Source: an uncultured Actinomycetota bacterium | GTDB lineage: Bacteria; Actinomycetota; Actinomycetes; Streptosporangiales; Streptosporangiaceae | Assembly (NCBI GenBank): GCA_963822955.1 | Contig: CAWGJS010000002.1 | Coordinates: forward strand, 2,295,688 to 2,359,687 | Length of the DNA: 64,000 bases | Reading direction: 5' to 3' | Part shown: positions 58,134-64,000 of the stretch, in pieces | Position numbering within the stretch: the first letter of the stretch is position 1 | Layout: the number at the start of each line of letters is the position of its first letter | The notes under the pieces: generated by a model | Seen by the model: the letters and a program-made list of their open reading frames with translations, nothing else | What the model was told of the DNA's origin: nothing | The model's database searches: none | Program-made: the position numbers and the translations under genes

Positions 58134-59951
58134 GTGAATGCCGTGCCCGGGAGTGGTGCCGCCCGCACCGGGCAAGGACGCGGGCCTGCCCGCCGGGGAC
58201 GAGGACACCGCACCCCAGTGAGCGGACCGCCTGCGCAGGGAAGGCCGGTCACCTGCCTGGTCACCGGGGCGGCCGGCTACGTGGGCGGGCGCCTGGTGCC
58301 GGAACTGCTCGCGGCCGGGTACCGGGTCCGCTGCCTGGCGCGCCAGGCTGGGCGGCTGTCGGGCTTCGGCTGGATCGGCCAGGTCGAGGTGACCGAGGCC
58401 GACGCGCTGGATGCCGGTTCCCTGCGGCAAGCGCTGGCGGGCGTGGACGTGGCGTACTACCTGATCCACTCGCTGGGTTCGGGCCCTGGCTTCGAGGCCA
58501 CCGACCGGGCCGCCGCGCAGAACTTCGCCGTCTGCGCCCGCGATGCCGGGGTCCGCCGGATCATCTACCTGGGCGGCCTGCGGCCTGCGGGCAGCCCCCC
58601 GCTGTCGCCCCATATGCGGTCCCGGGCCGAAGTCGGCGACATCCTGCTGAACTCCGGCGTGCCGACAGCGGTCCTGCGAGCGGGGGTGATCATAGGTTCC
58701 GGCTCGGCCTCCTTCGAGATGCTGCGGTACCTTACGGAGCGGCTGCCGGTCATGGTCACCCCGAAATGGGTGCGGTCACGCACTCAGCCGGTCGCCATCC
58801 GTGACGTGCTTGCGATCCTGGCCGGGTGCGCGGGCCTGCCCCCTCAGGTGAACCGGGCGTTCGATATCGGCGGGCCGGACGTGCTGACCTACGCGGACAT
58901 GATGGAAAGGTACGCCGGCGTGGCGGGCCTGCGGCCGCGGCTGCTGCTGCCGGTGGGGGTGCTCACTCCATCCCTGTCCAGCCACTGGGTTGGTCTGGTC
59001 ACTCCGGTCCCCGGTGCGCTGGCTCGCCCGCTAGTGGAGTCCCTGCGCCACGACGTAGTAGCCGCCGAGCACGACATCGCCCGCTACGTACCGGACCCGC
59101 CCAGCGGGCTGACCGGATTCGACGATGCCGTCCGCCTAGCCCTGCGGCGGATCCGGGAGGCGGACGTGGCCACCAGGTGGACGTCAGCCGCCCTGCCCGG
59201 GGCGCCGAGCGACCCGCTGCCCACCGACCCAGACTGGGCGGGTGGCAGCCTTTACCAGGATGTGCGGGAAGAGCCGACACAGGCGCCGCCGAGGTCGCTG
59301 TGGCAGATCATCGAGGGAATCGGGGGCCAGCATGGCTGGTACTCCTGGCCGCTGGCATGGCGGGCCCGCGGCTGGCTGGACCGGGCCATCGGCGGGACAG
59401 GCCTCCGGCGCGGCAGGCGCGACCCCGACCACCTGCGGCCCGGCGACGCCCTCGACTTCTGGCGAGTCGAGGCGATCGAACCCGGCCACCTGCTGCGGCT
59501 GCGCGCCGAGATGAAACTGCCCGGCCTGGCCTGGCTGGAATTGTCAGCCAGCGAGCATCACGGGCACGCCCTCTACCGGCAGCGCGCCATCTTCCACCCC
59601 CGCGGCCTGCCCGGCCACCTGTACTGGTACACACTGCTCCCCTTGCACGCCCTCGTCTTCTCCGCCATGGCGCGCAACATCACCACGGCCGCGCAGCAGC
59701 ACTCAGACACTTCGCCGCGCCGGCCAGCGTCCTTACGGTCAGGCAGTGATCCCGCCCGACTGCCTTCGGGACCGCAATCTCAGCACGAGAGCGGGAATCG
59801 GGGGTCATTGCCCGCCATCCGACTTCCTAACCGTCAGGCTCACCGCGCCGGCGTCGGGGATTCGGTCATCGTGCACCCACCGCGCCATGACGTTCAGTTA
59901 TGCGCTTGCCGTGCCAGCAGGGTTGCCCAACGTCAGCGGGCCGGTCAATAG
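58134..59951 (+). CDS. NAD(P)H-binding atypical SDR (NmrA-like) fused to a DUF2867 domain
   Basis: LVTGAAGYVGGRLVPELL... plus a C-terminal GWYSWPLAWRARGWLD...LRLRAEMKLPGLAWLEL. An alternative GTG start is at 58218. The last roughly 85 aa look non-native. Confidence 0.7.
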   Translation: MNAVPGSGAARTGQGRGPARRGRGHRTPVSGPPAQGRPVTCLVTGAAGYVGGRLVPELLAAGYRVRCLARQAGRLSGFGWIGQVEVTEADALDAGSLRQALAGVDVAYYLIHSLGSGPGFEATDRAAAQNFAVCARDAGVRRIIYLGGLRPAGSPPLSPHMRSRAEVGDILLNSGVPTAVLRAGVIIGSGSASFEMLRYLTERLPVMVTPKWVRSRTQPVAIRDVLAILAGCAGLPPQVNRAFDIGGPDVLTYADMMERYAGVAGLRPRLLLPVGVLTPSLSSHWVGLVTPVPGALARPLVESLRHDVVAAEHDIARYVPDPPSGLTGFDDAVRLALRRIREADVATRWTSAALPGAPSDPLPTDPDWAGGSLYQDVREEPTQAPPRSLWQIIEGIGGQHGWYSWPLAWRARGWLDRAIGGTGLRRGRRDPDHLRPGDALDFWRVEAIEPGHLLRLRAEMKLPGLAWLELSASEHHGHALYRQRAIFHPRGLPGHLYWYTLLPLHALVFSAMARNITTAAQQHSDTSPRRPASLRSGSDPARLPSGPQSQHESGNRGSLPAIRLPNRQAHRAGVGDSVIVHPPRHDVQLCACRASRVAQRQRAGQ

Positions 59952-60690
59952 GTCCGCAGCGGCGTCAGGTGCCCCATCGCTCCGGTGCGATACCGCGCGA
60001 CTGCGTCCTCGATCTGCGCCGCGTCGTTCATGATGAAAGGTCCCTGGCTGATCACCGGTTCACGGATCTGGGCGCCCGACAGGATGAGAACGTGCGCGCG
60101 TTGCGGGGCCGCGAGCCTGACGCGCTCTCCGCTGCCGCAGCCACGTAGCGCCACCGCTTGCCCGCCGTCCACTTTCTGCTGGTGGCCTTCGGCGTCTACC
60201 AGGACCGTCCCATTGAGGACGTACACGACCGCATTGTGGCCCGCCCGGAGGTCAAACGGAACCTCGCGCCACAAATGGACGTCGAGCAGGGTGAACGGCT
60301 CAGCTGGCACCAGCGGCGACGTAACGCTGTCAAAAGCGCCGACCACAACGCGGACGCGGTCTCCGGCGTCGCTGCGCCATTCCGGCGCCTCACTCCGGTC
60401 GAGGTGAAGGACTTCAGGCGCCACGAGCTTGTTCGCCGCGCTGAGGTTGACGAAGAGCTGGAGCCCGTGCAGCTCGAGGCCCGGGACCGCAGGTATCTCC
60501 TCATGGACAATTCCGCTGCCCGCCTGAGTCCAGACCGCTGAGACATTCCGCGGGCACCCCGACTCAGTAACCGGGCAGACGGTCATCGAGCGGGAACTTC
60601 CCGGCCGGCACCGGCCAGCCCGTCCAGGTTGTCGCCAAAGCCGCGTACGTTGCGCCTGTAGCCGCCGCATTCCGCTCTACTCTCGGCATC
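59945..60690 (-). pseudogene. pirin-family protein, 5'-truncated
   Basis: ...VWTQAGSGIVHEEIP...LHGLQLFVNL... and a full C-terminal cupin are present. The N-terminal HPHRGFE metal-binding segment is absent or scrambled. Confidence 0.65.
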
Positions 60691-60696
60691 ACGGCG

Positions 60697-61458
60697 GTGA
60701 CCCAACCGGTGATCAGGGACGGCTATGCCTACCTGAACGGCACGCTCAAGGCAGCGCCCGATAGCCAGGCCGCCTACACAACGGTCGATCGGGTGCGCAC
60801 CTCCGTGCACGCAGTCCGAGGCGCAGACGCCGCGGTCGGCGGGCCGACGGCGACAACCCTCGACGTACAGCGGGCCAGCGCGCACGACCGGGAGGTGATC
60901 ATCCCGGTGATCCTAAGCTTGGTGCTGCTCATCCTTATTCTGCTGCTGGGCGCGCTGGTCGCACCCGTCGTGCTGATCGCCACCGTAGTGCTGTCGTTCG
61001 CCGCCGCCCTCGGCGTCAGCGCACTGTTCTTCAACCATGTGTTCAACTTCGGCGGCGCGGACAGTTCCTTCCCGCTGTTCGTGTTCGTGTTCCTCGTCTC
61101 GCTCGGCATCGACTACAACATCTTCTTGATGACCCGGGTCCGTGAGGAAACGGCGCGTCACGGCGCCCGGCAGGGCGCACTGACCGGGTTGGCGTCCACC
61201 GGCGGGGTAATCACGTCGGCCGGCGCGGTGCTCGCCGGGACCTTCGCTGCACTGGGTACGCTGCCGATCACGATGCTGACAGAACTCGGGTTTGCGGTCG
61301 CGTTCGGCGTGCTCCTCGACACCATCGTGGTCAGGTCAGTCCTGGTAACAGCACTTAACCTGGACCTGAGCCGCTGGATGTGGTGGCCGAGCTCCCTGGC
61401 TCGCCGTCCCGCCGCCGAGGCCGTCCGGACGGAAGCGCGGCCCTCGCCAGTGCCGTAA
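60697..61458 (+). pseudogene. MMPL-family transporter, C-terminal roughly 250 aa only
   Basis: ...VGGPTATTLDVQRASAHDREVIIPVILSLVLLIL...LGIDYNIFLMTRVREE...VLLDTIVVRSVLVTAL. The first roughly 500 aa of a normal MMPL protein are missing. Confidence 0.7.
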
Positions 61459-61480
61459 CGAACGCTGCTGTCGAACGCGA

Positions 61481-61506
61481 GGTGGCCTGCTGCCGAGCAG
61501 GCCACC
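61481..61506 (+). terminator. intrinsic terminator-like hairpin
   Basis: GGTGGCCTGCT-gccg-AGCAGGCCACC followed by TTTG, 23 nt after the MMPL-fragment stop. Confidence 0.6.
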
Positions 61507-61595
61507 TTTGCGTCGGCGATAGTCATCCAGGCCCGCCGAAACGGGTCTGGGCGGTCTTCAGCGGTTCTTCAACGGCTAATCGCGAACCTCGTTGT

Positions 61596-62413
61596 ATGAC
61601 GAATCTCAGCCCCCTCACCCCAGAGCCTGGCCGGTCTGCCTCGACAGCATCGCCGCCGGGCAGAACACCGGACCTCCGACGGAGGGCGCTCGCGATGGCC
61701 GTCATCGCTGTCATCGCCGCAGGCGGCGGGTACGGCATCGCCAGGGCAACCGCCAGTTCCCCCGTATCTCCCATTCCAACTCCGGCGCCCGCCACCGCTC
61801 CCGTTTCCCCAGCAGCTCCTGGCACGGGGGGCGGCAACCCCGGCATGCCGATGGGCGGTCGATCAGTCGCCGGTTCCTCCTCCTCGTCGTCGCTGGCTCA
61901 GAGCATCGGCACGCAGGTTGGTACCGCAATGGCCGGCCTGGCACCGCAGACCGTGAGCCTCGCACAGGCGCGCACGCTGGGCGATCAGGTACCCGCCGGG
62001 GCCAGACTCGACAAGGCGGCCAACGCCATCACCTTCACCAGCCACTCGGTGTCCTTCACCGTGGTGGCGGTCCCGCCCGGCGGTCCCGACATGACCTTCC
62101 GCGTGGCCGGCCTCACCAATCCCGCGGTCGTTGTCCCGCAGAATGCCCAGGTCACGGCCCATTCATCAACGGCGACAACGACGAGGCACACGGCTGGATG
62201 GTCGTGAATGAGCAGCCGCCGTTCCGCTTCTACCAGCCCAAGACTCCGATCGTCAGCGGCGCTTTCTCTGGCCTGATCGGCGACCCTACGGCCAACGGCC
62301 AGGGTGCCAGCACGTTCACCTTCCAGGCCGGCCCGGCCGGAACTTACCAGTACATCTGTCCCATGCCCGGCCACGCGCAGATGGGCATGCACGGACCGTT
62401 CATCGTGAGGTGA
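61596..62413 (+). CDS. membrane-anchored cupredoxin (blue-copper, sulfocyanin/halocyanin-like) protein, one -1 frameshift
   Basis: A TM anchor and a Pro/Ala-rich linker are followed by FRVAGLTNPAVVVPQNAQVTA(fs)FINGDNDEAHGWMVV...YQYICPMPGHAQMGMHGPFIV (Cu ligands H, C, H, M). Length is 3n+2. The shift is at about 62160. Confidence 0.65.
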
Positions 62414-63165
62414 CCCTCGTGAGTGACACCCGCCGCGAACCCATCCGCTCGCCACTCCCTGACCGGACCGCACCTGTCGCGCTGATCGGCGCCCCCAGCC
62501 CGCTGCGATCTGCGGTCGCCGGGCAGTTGCGCACCGCCACCGGCCTGCTGGCCTGTGTGGACACGCCAGACCGCCTGGGGACCGCCCTGTCGTCCGCCGC
62601 CAGCGGCGGGAACGGGATCGCAGGCGCCACATCTTGTTCGTGACCGTTCCCCGGCCGCCAGGGCCAGCCAGCCGGCTGCGCCACCGCTTCCGGGACCCCG
62701 CACTGGCCGCGGGCTTCATCCAGGCAGTCACCGCCGCGCGGCACTACGGCGCCGCCAGGGTCGTAGTCCTGTCCACCGTCTTCTGCTACGACGATGATGA
62801 CGGGCTGCCGCCGCAACCTGGCGCACCGACCCTGACAGGGGCCGAGACCGCCCCCGCCGCCGCGGCCGAAGAAGCGGCACGCCTGTTCACCGGCCTTGGC
62901 GGCGACTCAGTGGTCATGCGGCTCGGCTGGACCGTGGGCCGCGACGAGGCTATTACCCGGCGAGTCCTGTCAGCCGCCCGGCGGGGCTGGCGGCTCATTG
63001 AGGGCGACCCCGTCGCCTGCGTGGCCATGATCGCGGAACCCGACGCGGCCCGGGCATCCCTGTCAGGACTCGCCGCACCCACGGGCACCTACAACATCAC
63101 TGACGGACTCCCGGTCGCCCAGGCGGAGCTGAATGCCCGCATGGAAGCTGCCCTCGGCCGGATGG
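62410..63165 (+). pseudogene. NAD-dependent epimerase/dehydratase-like gene remnant (frameshifted)
   Basis: VALIGAPSPLRSAVAGQL..., ...ARVVVLSTVFCY..., MRLGWTVGRDE... and TGTYNITDGLPVAQAEL lie in at least two frames. Confidence 0.4.
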
Positions 63166-63907
63166 CCCACAACGCGCTGACCTGGGCGATCCGGCACGCC
63201 ATGGCCCGCAGGCTGGTCGCGGTCAACGTCGCCGAGCTCACCGGCACCCCGCCCGGCCAGCCCGGCCGGCCTCTCCCGCGCCTTCACCCCGAGCCAGGTC
63301 GCGGCGCTGCTGGAGGCATCCGAGGGCACCCGGATGCACGCCTACATCGCGCTCTGTGTGGGCACCAGCATCCGCACCGAGGAAGCCCGCGCGCTGCGCT
63401 GGGACGCCGGTCAGCCTCGACGGCGACCCGCACGCGGTCCCGCCCGTCCCGCCGCACGTCCAGGTGTGGCGGTCGGTCCGCGCCCGCGGCGACACCAAAA
63501 CCGCGCTGTCCCGCCGCACCCTGGCCCTGCCCCAGCTCACCATCACCGCCCTGCGCGCCCACCGCAGCCGGCCCGACGGGCAGCACCAGCTGGTGTTCGC
63601 CACCCCCGACGGCACCGAACTGGACGCCGCCAACGTCCGCCGCGAGTTCCGCGCCGTCCTCCGCGCGGCCGGCATCCCCGGCACCTGGACCCCCCGCGAA
63701 CTCCGCCACACCGGCGTGTCCCTGCTCTCCCTCGGCGGCGTCCCCATCGAGGAAATCGCCCGCATCGCCGGGCACGCCACCACCCGCACCACCGAACTCA
63801 TCTACCGCCAGGAACTCCGCCCCGTCATCACCACCGGCGCCACCGCCCTCGACCACCTCCTCCCCCGCACCCCCGCGCCCAGACCCGGCGAGCCACACAG
63901 CGCCTGA
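63166..63907 (+). mobile_element. tyrosine recombinase/phage-type integrase, 5'-truncated and frameshifted
   Basis: NALTWAIRHAMARRLVAVNVAEL..., FTPSQVAALLEAS...YIALCVGTSIRTEEARALRW, ...LRHTGVSLL... and AGHATTRTTELIY supply the R..H.R..Y catalytic set. At least two frame changes occur, at about 63290 and 63410. Confidence 0.65.
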
Positions 63908-64000
63908 GAGCCCGCAGTGCATGCAGACCCAAGCCGGAGACGATGGTATGGTGATCGGTATGGCAACCCGGAAGGTCACCATTACCCTCGATGAGGCCCA

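Noticed and set aside
1-64000. A search for CRISPR arrays, tRNA/rRNA genes and long tandem repeats.
   Set aside because: No regularly spaced direct repeats, no cloverleaf-like or rRNA-like conserved segments and no long tandem arrays were seen by eye. The only repeats are paralogous genes (BON x3, HdeD x2, DoxX x2, amidohydrolase fragments) and short operator-like palindromes.

Overview
High-GC (about 70%) actinobacterial chromosomal window. No rRNA, tRNA or CRISPR array was seen. All calls rest on reading the ORF translations and DNA by eye; no database search was run.

The content falls into four blocks.

1. 1-20.5 kb: a mixed accessory stretch. It holds a WS/DGAT acyltransferase, a STAS protein, a cysteine-synthase-like gene, a CEOS-like dehydrogenase, a TetR-controlled tautomerase/FAD-oxidoreductase pair, an anti-sigma factor, a secreted PQQ-type beta-propeller and a VapBC module. 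Gene fragments and mobile-element remnants are interspersed: an IS30 tail, a GIY-YIG/T5orf172-like insert that has removed most of an ECF sigma gene, and a mosaic of truncated genes at 15.1-16.6 kb.

2. 19.8-30.4 kb: a minus-strand aromatic/phenolic catabolic cluster. Gene order is extradiol dioxygenase, FAH hydrolase, acyl-CoA ligase, MhpA-like monooxygenase, DoxX, TfdB-like monooxygenase, amidohydrolase. Several members carry frameshifts. These create an artefactual 1486-aa ORF.

3. 30.6-40.7 kb: a stress-type island. It holds a UPF0104 membrane protein, two HdeD paralogs, an AI-2E transporter, BON-domain paralogs (three in the window) and a fused beta-phosphoglucomutase-GH65 phosphorylase. 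Most of these genes are preceded by a GGGTA-type -10-like element.

4. 40.7-54.7 kb: a carbohydrate/sugar-acid locus. It holds xylA, kdgK, eda, a GntR regulator, an ABC importer, an uncharacterised 645-aa protein, an AKR, a lactonase-like amidohydrolase, a Zn-ADH, a KduD-like SDR and a destroyed xylB.

The right end (54.7-64 kb) holds a second PIN/Phd TA pair, STAS and GAF-ANTAR regulators, a DUF2867-type SDR, truncated pirin and MMPL genes, a frameshifted cupredoxin and a 5'-truncated tyrosine integrase.

The most striking global property is the very high density of frameshifted, truncated or chimeric genes.
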